The notes under the pieces are model-generated. The model made no database searches and had not been told where the DNA came from. It saw only the letters and a program-made list of their open reading frames with translations. DNA of 64,000 nucleotides from Gemmataceae bacterium (lineage in GTDB: Bacteria > Planctomycetota > Planctomycetia > Gemmatales > Gemmataceae), in NCBI GenBank assembly GCA_046350165.1, contig JAXMAY010000013.1, positions 69,190 to 133,189 of the forward strand. The letters run 5' to 3'. Positions 1 through 10,466 of the stretch are shown here, piece after piece; the stretch's first letter is position 1; every line of letters begins with the position of its first letter. Made by a program: the position numbers and the translations under genes.

Positions 1-1
1 C

Positions 2-1321
2 TGCAAGGAAAAGGGCGTCAGCACGGAAATTGCCGAAGACATTTTCGGCAAGATCGTCTTCTTCGCGGGCTACGGCTTCAACAAGAGCCATACCGCCGCG
101 TATGCCCAGATTGGTTACCAGACGGCCTACCTTAAGACGCATTACACCGCCGAATTCATGGCGGCACTGCTTTCGAGTGAAATCGACGACGGCAACAAAC
201 GCGACGTCATGGTCGAGCACATCGCCGACGCCAAGCGGTTGAAAGTGGACGTCTTGCCGCCGGATGTGAACGCGGGCCTCTCCGATTTCGACGTCCGAGA
301 CGGCCAGATCACTTTCGGATTGACCGCCATCAAGGGGTTGGGTCGAGGCGCGGCAGATGAAATCGTCCGAGCCCGCACGGCGGGTGGCCCGTTCAAGGAC
401 CTTTTCGATTTCTGCGAACGGATCGACCTGCGGCTCGTGCCCAAGTCCGCGATCGAAAAAATGATCAAAGCGGGCGCCATGGACCGCTTTGGCAATCGGG
501 CGTCCCTGTTTGCCACGCTGCCCCGGGCCGCCCAGGCTGCGGATGAACGGGCCAGCGACCTCAAGCGTGGGCAAAAGAGCCTGCTGGACATGTTCGAATC
601 CGGATCGGACGCCGATGGCGGCGGCGGTGCCGCCCGGCACGATGGTCTGCTGGAAATGCCCGAATGGCCGGAGCTGGAGAAACTGAAATTCGAGAAGGAA
701 GCTCTCGATTTTTACATCTCGTCCCACCCCCTGGCCCAATACGACGACCAACTGCGCCGCTTCCGTTCGCATCAGGCCTGCGATGCCATCAAAGCACCCC
801 ACGGGACGGTCGTTCTGCTCGGCGGGATGGTTACATCCCTGCAAATGCGGACGGCTCAGAAGTCCGGCAAACGCTGGGCGATGTTCCAACTCGAGGATTT
901 TTCCGGGCAGGCCAAGTGCATTCTCTGGTCCGAGGCCTACGACGCGTACAAGAGCGAAGTCACGGACGACCGGATCATGCTCTTTGAAGGCGTGGTCGAA
1001 TGGCGGGATGGCTCGACGACGGGCGATGTCATCGTTCGCAAGGTGATTTCCATCGAACAGGCCCGACGGGAAATGACGCGAAGTCTCCTGCTGCGGTTGC
1101 CGCTCGGCGACGATGAGGAATGCCTGAGTCGAGTGGATGGCATTCAATCCGTCTTGAAACGGGCCCGGGGCAGTTGCCCGGTCTACCTTTCCGTGCGAGA
1201 TCAGGCGGGGAAAGGCATTCAGTTCAAGGCCAGCACGGACTACGCGATCGACCCGGCCAAAGTCCCCATCGAGCAATTGGAACTGCTGCTCGGCCCGGGG
1301 GCGGTCATCTTTACTCGCTAG
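2..1321 (+). CDS. dnaE: DNA polymerase III alpha subunit, C-terminal fragment (gene begins upstream of the window)
   Basis: The reading frame is open from the window edge. Translation begins CKEKGVSTEIAEDIFGKIVFFAGYGFNKSHTAAYAQIGYQTAYLKTHYTAEFMAALLS, which is the conserved Pol III alpha motif, and it continues through the OB-fold/C-terminal region to the stop at 1321. Confidence 0.9.
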   Translation, partial: CKEKGVSTEIAEDIFGKIVFFAGYGFNKSHTAAYAQIGYQTAYLKTHYTAEFMAALLSSEIDDGNKRDVMVEHIADAKRLKVDVLPPDVNAGLSDFDVRDGQITFGLTAIKGLGRGAADEIVRARTAGGPFKDLFDFCERIDLRLVPKSAIEKMIKAGAMDRFGNRASLFATLPRAAQAADERASDLKRGQKSLLDMFESGSDADGGGGAARHDGLLEMPEWPELEKLKFEKEALDFYISSHPLAQYDDQLRRFRSHQACDAIKAPHGTVVLLGGMVTSLQMRTAQKSGKRWAMFQLEDFSGQAKCILWSEAYDAYKSEVTDDRIMLFEGVVEWRDGSTTGDVIVRKVISIEQARREMTRSLLLRLPLGDDEECLSRVDGIQSVLKRARGSCPVYLSVRDQAGKGIQFKASTDYAIDPAKVPIEQLELLLGPGAVIFTR

Positions 1322-1904
1322 CCGGCGAATTTCGAGGCCCTGGCTTTCCCGCCTGGGCTTCTAATGTCATTCGCAAATAAGAACGCGGCTCGACGTCCGT
1401 CAGCCCCAGTTCCCGCGCCAGCGAATGGACGACCGCTTCCGCCCGCTCCCGGTCCGGCTCCTCGGCAAGGATTTCGATTTCCGCAAAGCTGCCCACACCC
1501 TCGCACGCATCGAGCGTGATGGCGAGGGTGAACCCGTCGCGAGTCGTCGCGAAACTTTTTCGACGTTTTTTGACGATGGCCACGGGTTGATAACGCAACC
1601 CTTCCAGCATGGTCATGGCCGTCACTGCCGCGGCATCACCCGATGCCAGGTCCAGTTCCACTTCCTGGCGGACTTTCGCCGTCGTATCGGTTCGCTTCGG
1701 CCCCTTGTAAGTCAGGGCATTCGCGTCCCCGACTCGTCGCAGGCGAAACGCTTCCCCCGTCGCGGCAAAATCGCGATCCGGCGGGCAGTAGTAATGATCG
1801 AATTCGAGGTGATCCGATTGGCAGGCGAGGCCTCGTTCCGCGAGTGTGCGTTCCAGTGATTCCGGGTCGGGGCAGCGGAATTTCAATTCGATTTCGAGCA
1901 TCAT
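1311..1904 (-). CDS. CYTH-domain protein (CyaB-type class IV adenylyl cyclase / triphosphatase fold)
   Basis: The 197-aa protein begins MLEIELKF and contains ...DHYY..LRRVGDANALTYKGPKR...EVE...FAEIEI, the CYTH pattern of acidic residues on alternating strands. It is convergent with dnaE. Confidence 0.75.
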   Translation of the reverse strand: MMLEIELKFRCPDPESLERTLAERGLACQSDHLEFDHYYCPPDRDFAATGEAFRLRRVGDANALTYKGPKRTDTTAKVRQEVELDLASGDAAAVTAMTMLEGLRYQPVAIVKKRRKSFATTRDGFTLAITLDACEGVGSFAEIEILAEEPDRERAEAVVHSLARELGLTDVEPRSYLRMTLEAQAGKPGPRNSPASE

Positions 1905-2005
1905 CCACCTTGAGTTGAATTTCCCGCTCTGACAACATAAGCCGAAAGGAAGAAAATACGATTGAGAGAACGAAATCAGTCGAGATTCCAGTCTGTCGTG
2001 GATGG

Positions 2006-2370
2006 ATGCCGGAGGGCGAAAGCTGCGTCCTGACCGTGGGTGAATGTGATATCGCCCTGTTTCATAGCGAAGGCAAATTTTGCGCGATTAACGATCGTTG
2101 CCCGCATGCGGGTTCGCCCCTGTCTGGCGGCCATGTCGAAGGGGAATTTAGCGGCATACCCCTGGCACGGCTTCAGCGGTTTCGCTTGGTGATGGTGCCT
2201 GGGCGGATAACCCGAAAGTGAAGACCGAATGCTATCGCGTCCACGTTGAAAACGGCATGGTTTCCATCGATACCACACCAAATGCCGCGATATTCCCACT
2301 TGCCCGGCAGACGAATCCAGCAAAATGGCCCCGGAATAACAGCAGAATGCCAGCATGTCCGGGAAGTTAA
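2006..2370 (+). pseudogene. Rieske [2Fe-2S] NirD-like small protein, reading frame broken twice
   Basis: Frame 2 gives ...CAINDRCPHAGSPLSGGHVEGEF. Frame 3 then gives AAYPWHGFSGFAW and, after a stop, a third frame gives KVKTECYRVHVENGMVSIDT. The two Rieske boxes CPH...CPWHG and the NirD-type C-terminus are all present but lie in three different frames. Confidence 0.5.
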
Positions 2371-2425
2371 CATATTCTGATACGCACCGCCCGCCACTCC
2401 CCGTGACGAAATCGTTCGGCAGGAA

Positions 2426-3277
2426 GTGAAGCTGATCAGCCACTCGAACTGTTCCTACTGGTGGCCGGTCTGGCTGCTCAGTTCCTGTTCGCCATCTTTC
2501 CGGCCTGGGTGGAAGGCCATCGTATGGCGATCATGCCAAAGATGTGGCAAAGTGACGGTCTACGAATCGGCTACCAGTAAGCAGTACAAGGTCGATTACA
2601 CCGTCAAGGTGAATGACAACAAGAGCGCTGGCCAACTCCTCGGAAGCCAGGGACACTACCGTTGCGGACGAATTCAAACCGCACGTCACGACGATGTCGG
2701 TTCGGTCCTCGCGTTCGTCCTGGTCCTGATCCTCCCGGTCGATTACGAACGTTTCCCCTGCGGGGCTTGTGGTCGTTCCTGGTCATCGTCATGATCGTCG
2801 TCCTGGCCCTGGTGATAACCTTGTTCCACGCCTGGGACGATATTTTCAAAATGATTGGCGGCCTGCACATTTACATCAACATGGCGGGCTACCTGTTTAT
2901 TTCCGGTACGCTGTTCCTGATCTGGGCCGTGGCGACCTTCTTCTTCGATCGCCGGGCGTACATCATCTTCACGCCGGGACAGGTCAAGGTTTGCGAAACA
3001 TATCGGCGACGCCGTGCGGACCTTTGACACGGTTGGCATGACCTTCGAAAAGCAGCGGGACGACCTCTTCCGCCACTACGCTCTGGGCTTCGGCTCTGGC
3101 GACCTGATCGTCCGAACCTCCGGTGCGGAACGGCAGGAAATCAAGATTCAAAACGTGCTCGGAATCGGCTGGAAACTCAAGGCCGTGGAAGACATGATCC
3201 GGGAAAAGTGCGAAGCGCGATCGTCACAAGGAACAGACGTTCGACGGCTGAAGAAACAGATCGAGCCGCGTGGATAA
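2426..3277 (+). CDS. hypothetical membrane protein (two TM helices then a soluble domain); coding signal spread over three frames
   Basis: ORFs 2426-2794, 2662-3027 and 3014-3277 abut in different frames. The middle piece has two clear TM helices (LWSFLVIVMIVVLALVITLF and YLFISGTLFLIWAVATFFF) followed by IIFTPGQVKV. The last piece gives FEKQRDDLFRHYALGFGSGDLIVRT...IKIQNV. A bPH/DUF304-like topology is possible but unproven. Confidence 0.3.
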
Positions 3278-3343
3278 ATCCGCGGCTCGATCTGACTGAC
3301 AACATGCGGCGGTTCGCGGTAAAATAAGAAACCATCCTCACAG

Positions 3344-3496
3344 TTATTCCAAAGGCTCTTTCACCAGTTGGATATAGAAGCCGGGCTTATCTTCGAGCTT
3401 CTTGGCGAGGGCCTGCTCCGCTTCCTTCTTCTGATTGAAAGGGAAGGTGCCCACCCGCTTGCTCAGATTATGCAGCACGACCCAGACGGCCTTCAT
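3344..3496 (-). CDS. small protein (50 aa, MKAVWVVLHNLSKRVGTFPFNQKKEAEQALAKKLEDKPGFYIQLVKEPLE) with an in-frame upstream acidic/lysine-rich low-complexity tract
   Basis: ATG at 3496, TAA at 3344-3346. The same frame is open upstream to about 3690, encoding GRGDEDSDGDSDDSSDDDGGGDDDDDAPKKKKKASKKKESTKKAAPKRVRPKEVR without an ATG. The ORF-track minus-strand ORF 3493-3867 is in a different frame across the K-rich part. Confidence 0.3.
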   Translation of the reverse strand: MKAVWVVLHNLSKRVGTFPFNQKKEAEQALAKKLEDKPGFYIQLVKEPLE

Positions 3497-3873
3497 TCGC
3501 ACTTCCTTGGGGCGAACCCGCTTGGGTGCGGCCTTCTTCGTGCTTTCTTTCTTTTTAGACGCTTTTTTCTTCTTTTTAGGGGCATCGTCGTCGTCGTCTC
3601 CACCCCCATCATCGTCGGAGGAGTCGTCGGAATCCCCATCGGAATCCTCGTCTCCTCGTCCTCATCTCTCATCTTCATCATCGGTGTCTTCGTCTTCTTT
3701 TTCTTCTTCTTCTCGCGGCATTCGGCGGCTTCATTTTGCCGTCGTAAGTCCTTCAGGAAGGCCCGCCCTTGCGACCTCGACCTGCCATAGGGATCACTCC
3801 TTCGTAAGGCCGCCGCGTGGGCGGTCAGCCGTGCGAGATAGATTACCGCTTGAGCGAAGTGAGGCAAGGGGGA

Positions 3874-4905
3874 TTACCACCAACGTTTCCAGCGAAAATA
3901 CGCAAGGCCGACCACGCCGACCAGCACCATGAGCCCCAGGGAGTATTCGTAGCCATGCTCCCATTTCGTTTCGGGGATGCGTTCGAAATTCATGCCGTAG
4001 ATCCCGGCAATCAGCGTCATGGGCAGGATAATCGCCGAAAACATGGTCAGCAGTTTCATCACTTCATTGAGCCGATTCGAAGCGGCGGCGAGGTGCGTCT
4101 GCATGAGATCGCTGACCATTTCACGGGCACTTTCAATCCGTCCGTGTAGCGGACGAGATGGTCGTAAACATTGCGGTAGTAAGCAATTTCGCGGCACCCC
4201 GCTCGAGCAGGGAAAACTCACCGCGGGTCAGCCGCGCCCGGCACTTCCGCTCGAGAATCAGCGTTTTCCGCATGAACGTGACGCGGCGTTTCAGCTTCAA
4301 AGCCGGGCTAAAGTTCTGCGTCCGGACGGTGAAACAGCCGCGATTCGGCGATCAACTGATCGGCGATCCCCTCGACGACCGGGGCATATTCGTCCACCAT
4401 GGCGTCGAGAATGAGATGGAACAGATAATCCGGCCCGCGACCGATGCAACCGTGGTGCCGCGAGGCGTACGACCAGATCTGATCGATACAACTCAGTGGG
4501 GCATCATGGTGCGTAATCAGCAGCGTGGGCGTCAGGATGGCGGCAGGCTGAGGCCGGTTGCGGGCATCGAAAGTGCGTTTGGGCGATTATGAAACCGCAG
4601 GCGTAACGGATTGACGACAGCAAACGGAGTAATCGTGAAAACTCTTCGACCTTTGGTAGGTGGGCTCCCCCTTCCGGGAGCCGTTTGGTCCGCGTGATAT
4701 CCTCGAGTGTCGGCGGGTGGACGGGATGAAACTGCTGATAAATGGCAGCCTTCCGCCGTGGCATTGAACGAATCAATCAGATGACAAATTCATCCGTATC
4801 CGTCCATTGCGCTGAGGACGCCGCCTTCCTGAGCCTGTGTATCGCCGCTTTTCCAGGTGAAAGTGCGAATCATGCGGCGTCCATCGGTTCGCTCACTCGC
4901 CTCCA
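3874..4905 (-). pseudogene. corA: CorA Mg2+/Co2+ transporter, with an intact C-terminal 115 aa and a frameshifted upstream part
   Basis: ORF 3874-4221 ends ...NEVMKLLTMFSAIILPMTLIAGIYGMNFERIPE...FRWKRWW, which carries the GMN motif and the two C-terminal TM helices. A different frame just upstream gives REIAYYRNVYDHLVRYTD, and ORF 4504-4776 gives HPVHPPTLEDITRTKRLPEGGAHLPKVEEF, matching the CorA N-domain. The 5' end is uncertain. Confidence 0.65.
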
Positions 4906-6803
4906 TCAACCGAACGAATCGGACGAATCGGCGGTCAAATTGAACGAGGTCCGAGATGGGAAACAGGTCACCGTGGCGGCGATCGATGCCCCTTCGACAA
5001 TCTTCGTTCGGTTGTCGACCGTATCGTACTCGATCCGTCGGGCAGACATGGGCACGCCATCGCCGATGCGCGGCCTGGCCGGCTCGATCGTCGCCAGGCG
5101 TGAACCGGTTCCGTCGAGCGTCATGACGCGCTTATCGAAGAAAATGCGATGGGCCCGGCCGCGATATTCATCGGTGCGGAAGTTGGCGTTCCCAATCGCA
5201 TCCAGTTTCTGTTCCAGCTTGCCGGTTTGCGGTCGGTAGGTTGATACCGTCAGCGTTTCATCCGCCATCAGCAGCGTCGAACGCTCGGGCAGCGGACTGT
5301 ACAGTTCGAAGAGCCGTTCGAAATCGGTTGTCGGCACGTGATACGCGACCACGTCTCCTTCGAAGACCGCTTTCTGGAATGCTTGTCCCTGATCCTCCAT
5401 CACCAGCCGGGTTCGGTACGTCACCAGCGTCAGTTTCATTTCCTGTTCACTGGGGTTCGCGGGGCCGCCGGGTTGGCCAGCATGCCTGACCGGGACGCTG
5501 CTGTTCCTTCGAGCCGAATTGCAGAATGCGGCGAACTTCGCCCGGCCCCCGGCGACGTGCGTGCCCGCACCTTTGTCTCCCGCCCGGAAATCGAGATTGG
5601 GTGCGGATCCGTTCGCGTTTCACAATCGAACGATCGCGGTGCCGTTGTTCGTTTCAAAGACGACGATGCCATCCGTGTGGGGGCGCATTCCGCATCGTCG
5701 ACCGGTGCCGGCCTGCAGATAGCCCGCGACACTTTGGGGCCGCCATCGGCATCGGCAGGCTTCCGGTCTTTCCAACTGGTTGAAGTAAATCGGCCGATCA
5801 AATGCGATTTGCAGGCGATGGCAAAGGACGATGCGTTTTTCCCACACCGGTTTCTTCCGTGACTTGCGGCGGGTGCCGACGATCGGCGAAGTCTCCTGCC
5901 GTGCCTGGACCTTGCCGACAAACAAGGCCACGCCATCCGCCCCACGAAACTCCATGTTTTCCGACCATTCCACCGTGAGGTCGGAAGTGGAGGTGGGTGC
6001 CGGTGCAGTTGCTGGTGGTGACGGGGCTGGTTTGCAATCCGACAGCGAGCTGCGTTGCCGAGGTGCGAACCACATTGGATTGCGGGGCCTGGGCGACGGT
6101 GTTCAGTCCGCCATTAGCCGGCATCTTGAGTGCCCCGGCACCAATCACGCGAAGGTAATTCGCCAGTTGATCGATGGTAATATCCGGCCCGGCGATCGAG
6201 GTGTCTTCGTAATGCAGTTCGGCGTACTCGCCTTTCTTCGCGAGCAGATGCAGCGAAAAGCCGACCAAATCCTTGAGGGTCTGCCGTTCCAGCGTCAGCT
6301 TCGCGGCCCGCAGGTCGAGCCCGCGCGGGTTCTTTTTGGGATCGGCCGGGGCCTGATGGGCGTCGACGCGATCCGTGCAAATGGCTCGTTCCAGTTCGAA
6401 CTTGGCTGGCGTCGGTTCCATTTCACCTTGGCCCAGAGCTTTTTTGGCGGCGGCAGGCTGCACGGCCCCGGCGGGAGCGGGCGTCCGTGAACACCAGGCT
6501 TCGACGCTCCGGGCGGTTAACCGAAGGGGATTGGGCGGCGGTGCGGCTTCTGCAGACCGGCCCTGCGCGGCGGGATTCAACGGCAATGCCCCCGCGGGCC
6601 CTGCTCCTGTCGCGGGCGAGCGGCCTCCGACACCTGACACTTGTGAAAAGAGCTGCAGCGGCAGGAGCCATGGCCAAGCCGGGCAGCTTCGGAGCCGCGG
6701 GATCCGCCTGACGGAACCAGACCGAAAGGGAATCCGTCTCTTCGATAATCAACTCGGGCGATTTCAGGCTGACGTTTTGCAGAGCTTGCAGGCGATAGGG
6801 CAC
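4906..6803 (-). CDS. OstA/LptA-like beta-jellyroll domain protein(s), recovered only as multiple frame-shifted fragments
   Basis: ORF 4906-5439 shows LptA-type repeats (LMADETLTVSTYRPQTGKLEQKLDAIGNANFRTDEYRGRAHRIFFDKRVMTLDGTGSRLATI). Fragments 5620-6075, 5798-6640 and 6423-6803 show similar strands (GIVVFETNNGTAIV; LDLRAAKLTLERQTLKDLVGFSLHLLAKKGEYAELHYEDTSIAGPDITIDQ). Confidence 0.35.
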
Positions 6804-6959
6804 CGCTTGAGTCGCACCCGCTTTTTGATTGCCATTCGCCTGAGCCTCGTCCGGCGAGGGGTCGACGGAGGTTCAGCATTCCCGACCAGATCAAGCCCGC
6901 CTTGGCATCGTTGAAGCGTCCGCCATCAGACGTGTATTTATCGAGGCTCTTCTCACCGA

Positions 6960-7560
6960 CCATTTCCCGAACTTGCGTCAGCGAGGTCGCGGAGTCGCAG
7001 TGGTCGTGTTTTCAGCAGGTCGACTGATCATAAAGCACGGTACCACCCGGCCCGCGAATGACCATCGTCGACTCATTGGTCGATTGCCCTCGAGGGCCAG
7101 GTTGCGGGGATCGAGACAAACTGCAATTCGGCAATCAAACCCCGTTCGCCCACTTTCAACCGATGCCGATCCGCCGGCCGCATCAATCAGGCTGCCCATG
7201 AAATTCAGCGTGGTTTTGCCGGTTTTTCGATCGTTTTCATAATGCAGCGGGAATTTCCTGGGCAATCAGTTGATCGGTTTCGGAATCGAGCCGGACGAAC
7301 GTTACGTCGCGACCACCGATCGCAACCCCGATCCGCCAGAGTCGATTCGGTTTGAGCCGAGGCTGCGGGCGATGTCGTTTTCGGCTTGTTGGCCGGCTCG
7401 GAATCCGCTTATCGAAGCCGATTTCCAGCTTCTGGCTGATCAGCGTGTCACGCGTGCCCAAGCGAAACCCGCACCACCTCGACGTTGTTGGATTGATTGG
7501 GCGGAGCGGACGGTGCAATATCGAACTGGGCCACGTTCGATTCGACATCGAAGCGGAACG
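6960..7560 (-). CDS. lptB: LptB-like ABC transporter ATPase fragment (Walker A region), frameshifted
   Basis: ORF 7237-7548 ends ...RIGVAIGGRDVTFVRLDSETDQLIAQE, resembling KAYKGRRVVEDVSLTV..GEIVGL. ORF 6978-7265 continues NDRKTGKTTLNFMGSLIDAAGG, resembling GPNGAGKTTTFYMIVGLV..DAG of LptB. Downstream the frame is lost again. The lptB identification is inferred from motif order, not from an intact gene. Confidence 0.3.
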
Positions 7561-7578
7561 GGCCGCAGGTCTCGATCG

Positions 7579-8795
7579 TCAGCAACGTTGGCAATCACAG
7601 TTTTCAACCACGGATTTCCCGCCGACCAGCGTCCCCGCCACGGCCGGCAAAGCGATGGACGGATCGCGATCAACGGCTTTTCGATGTCTGAGAGTTCGTG
7701 CCGGGGAAACCGGACGTGCTTCGAGCCAAAGGTTGAACTGGGAACCGCTTCCCCCAGTTGAATCTCTTTCAGCTTCGATTGCGAGGCCCCTGCTTTTGGC
7801 CGGGCTTGGCCGGCTCATTTTCCTGGGCGAAAAACATTTTGAGGCCGATGGCCGTGACCGTCGTAGGTGGTGCCCGACGACCCATGATAATGTCGGCCAC
7901 GAGCACCTCGCCCGCACAGATCGTCCCCGTCGCGACGACGGCCGGGAACCGCTGACCCCCACAACGGTCGCGGAGCATTGGCCCGGTTTCGACTTCGACC
8001 TTGGCCGGCCGTCCGTACGGTCGGCACGTCGGAACGGTGCGGCTTGCCCGACTCCATCGCAGTGTAAAACACGGGACCGGGCGAGCGGACCACCAGCCGA
8101 CGGCTGGGATCTTCACTCTTCTGATTGTGCGTGATGGTGACGATTCCCTTGCGGGAATCCGCAAAATCCGCGTCAGGATTTCCGATCAGCTCCACGCCAC
8201 CAGCCGGGCCGCCCCGGACGGGATTTCCGTTCGCGAAGTCACGGCTTTATCGAATTCCAGCACCGCTTCGTCGCCATGAATCAGCTGACGATTTCCGGCA
8301 CGTCGGCTGCGGCCCCGCCTCCCACGGCAAGGCTTGAAGAAGACCGCCAGACTCAATGGCGAAACCAGTATCTTCCGGGTCGGCTCTTGATCTCCGGCAG
8401 CGGTCCCGCCGCGAAGACCAAGCCTTTTTCGCGATGTTCGATTTTTGTCTTGTACGCCAGATCCTCGGGTTCGCGGCAGCAACGCCCGAACGCCTGCTCG
8501 ATCCGCATTTCGACCGGAGATTGCTGAGTCACATGAATGGGCTGAAATCGCTGTCGCCTTCGACGAGATATTTCTCCGGCAGGACCGGCAATCCATCCAC
8601 ACCGCCCAAAAACATGGCGTAACAGACGTAGACACTCAGAAAGGCCGCAGGCCCCGCAAAGAGAATACACGATTCGTCGCGGTGTCCACTTTCAGCCCAT
8701 TTCAACTTCCTGCCAGAAGAATCCAGTCCCGGGTTCGACGAGTCGAACCCGGCAACACCTGCTGCGATCGTCAGGGCGAATCCACACGAGCATAA
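7579..8795 (-). CDS. LptA/LptC-like fragments between kdsC and the LptB-like fragment
   Basis: ORF 7815-8195 gives DADFADSRKGIVTITHNQKSEDPSRRLVVRSPGPVFYT, which is LptA-like (...GnV.i.q...). ORFs 8186-8635 and 8353-8670 give GDEAVLEFDKAV... and a hydrophobic anchor FLSVYVCYAMFLGG directly after kdsC, the expected LptC position. All are in shifting frames. Confidence 0.25.
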
Positions 8796-9326
8796 TGGCT
8801 CACGGGCATCTTGCCATTGCCCCGTCAGACCCAGCAGCCATTCGATGACTTCCCGCACCGCCCCATGCCCGCCAACCGCCGACGTCACATGATGGGCGAC
8901 GGCTTTCACGTCCGGGCAGGCATCCGCCACCGTCACGGCCAATCCCGCCCGCACCAGCAGCGGCAAATCGGGCAGATCATCACCGACCACGCACACTTGC
9001 TCGAGCGAAACGCCCGCTTCGGACATCACCTCGACAAACGCCGGCAATTTGTCCGAACCGCACCCTTGTATCACGGGTGACAGACCCAACTCGCGGGCGC
9101 GAATCTCCACGGCCGCGGAGCGCCGACCGGAAATCACCGCCGTCCGTTTACCCACTTGTTGCCACAGCTTCAACCCCGAACCATCGCGAACGTGAAACCG
9201 CTTCATTTCCATCCCATCGTTCGCGTAAAGCAGTGTTCCATCGGTTAAAACGCCATCGACATCGAGCACCAGCAACTCGATTTGGGCGGCTTTCACGGCC
9301 AATTCGTCACGGCTTAACGGTTTCAT
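8790..9326 (-). CDS. kdsC: 3-deoxy-D-manno-octulosonate 8-phosphate phosphatase (HAD family)
   Basis: The product begins MKPLSRDELAVKAAQIELLVLDVDGVLTDGTLLYANDGMEMKRFHVRDG...VCVVGDDLPDLPLL...VADACPDVKAVAHHVT, the KdsC HAD motifs. The domain is about 174 aa, but the ORF reads through to 8529, so its true 3' end is unclear. Confidence 0.75.
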
Positions 9327-10433
9327 GGTTCCTGACGTCCGGGCGAGATTCGCAACTTTAAGGGGGGCCGCCCGGCCGCATCCGTGCCAATCACGTCCGT
9401 AATATCGAGCAAGCCAATGGGACGGCCCAATTCATCGACAACAGGCAGTTCGCTGATTTTCTTGCCCCGCAAAAGATCGACCGCATCCTGAAGCCGGGCC
9501 GAGGCTTGCACCGTCAGCGGATCACGGGTCATCACGTCGCGGACGGGCCAATCGAAGGCTGAATCATTTTTCGATTCAAACAGCCTCGCTAGATCCGAAT
9601 CAGTGAAAATCCCCGCAAGCTTCCCCATTTCGTCGATCAGCATCACCGCGCCGGTCCGTCGGCCTCCCCCATTGCGGCGGGAAAAGACGTTGCGAACCTG
9701 TTCGTCCTGTGAGGCGATGCGCAGTTCACTGCCCGTCCGCATCAACTGCTCAACCTGGGCCAACTTACGGCCGAGACTGCCGGCCGGGTGATACCTGGCA
9801 AAGTCGTCCGCCGTGAATTTCCGCACCCGACTCAGGGTCAACGCAATGGCGTCTCCCAGAGCCATCATCACGGTCGTGCTGGTACTGGGGGCCAGAGCAT
9901 TGGGGCAGACTTCGGAAATCGGGCCGTAAGAAATGGCAATGTCGACGGATCGGGCCACGGTACTGTGCGGCCGGCCGGTGATGGCGATGGTCCGTGCCGC
10001 CAGTTGTTTGATCGGTGTTAAGAGGCGAACAAGCTCTTTACTTTCGCCGCTGTGCGAGAGCAAAATGGCGGCATCGTCCGGATGAACCATGCCCAGATCG
10101 CCGTGAACGGCTTTGGTCGCGTCGAGGTGATAGGCCCGTGTGCCGGTGCTATTTGAGTGTGCCGACGAGTTTCAGGCCAACGTCAGATGATTTACCGACA
10201 CCCGTGACCGCGACCCGGCCCCGACAGCCATGCAACAGTTCAATCGCATGCAGAAATGTATCGTCGAGCCGATCCGAAACGGCAAAAATCGCTTCCGCTT
10301 CACCTCGCAGGAGTTCCCGGGCAAATGCGAGGCGGTCAAACGACAATTCCGACAAGCGGTTCGCCACCACGCTCATAATTCCGGTCCCTTCCCTGGGAGG
10401 ATGGGAGCGTAACGCAGGGAGCATTTCGGGCAA
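9323..10433 (-). CDS. kdsD: arabinose-5-phosphate isomerase (SIS plus tandem CBS domains), one frameshift near 10090-10150
   Basis: The N-terminal SIS piece (ORF 10149-10433, ...GRVAVTGVGKSSDVGLKLVGTLK) and the C-terminal piece (ORF 9323-10090, ...HPDDAAILLSHSGESKEL...CBS pairs...) are contiguous but in different frames. The TGA/ATG overlap with kdsC is typical of an operon. Confidence 0.8.
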
Positions 10434-10466
10434 GAGGAAGTGAAATCGGCCCGGAATCAGTTAATC

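Noticed and set aside
3368-3932. Plus-strand Ser-rich ORFs (3368-3790 and 3435-3932, SSSSSPPPSSSEESSESPSESSSP...)
   Set aside because: They are the reverse-complement reading of Lys/Asp/Glu codons (aag/gac/gaa read as ctt/gtc/ttc). The minus strand gives the coherent acidic-basic protein. There is no start context or domain.
8529-8800. C-terminal 90-aa extension of the kdsC ORF (ORF-track 265 aa)
   Set aside because: KdsC homologs end at about 175 aa. The extra sequence is hydrophobic and anchor-like and more likely belongs to the following lptC-like gene, read through because of an indel in the error-dense zone.
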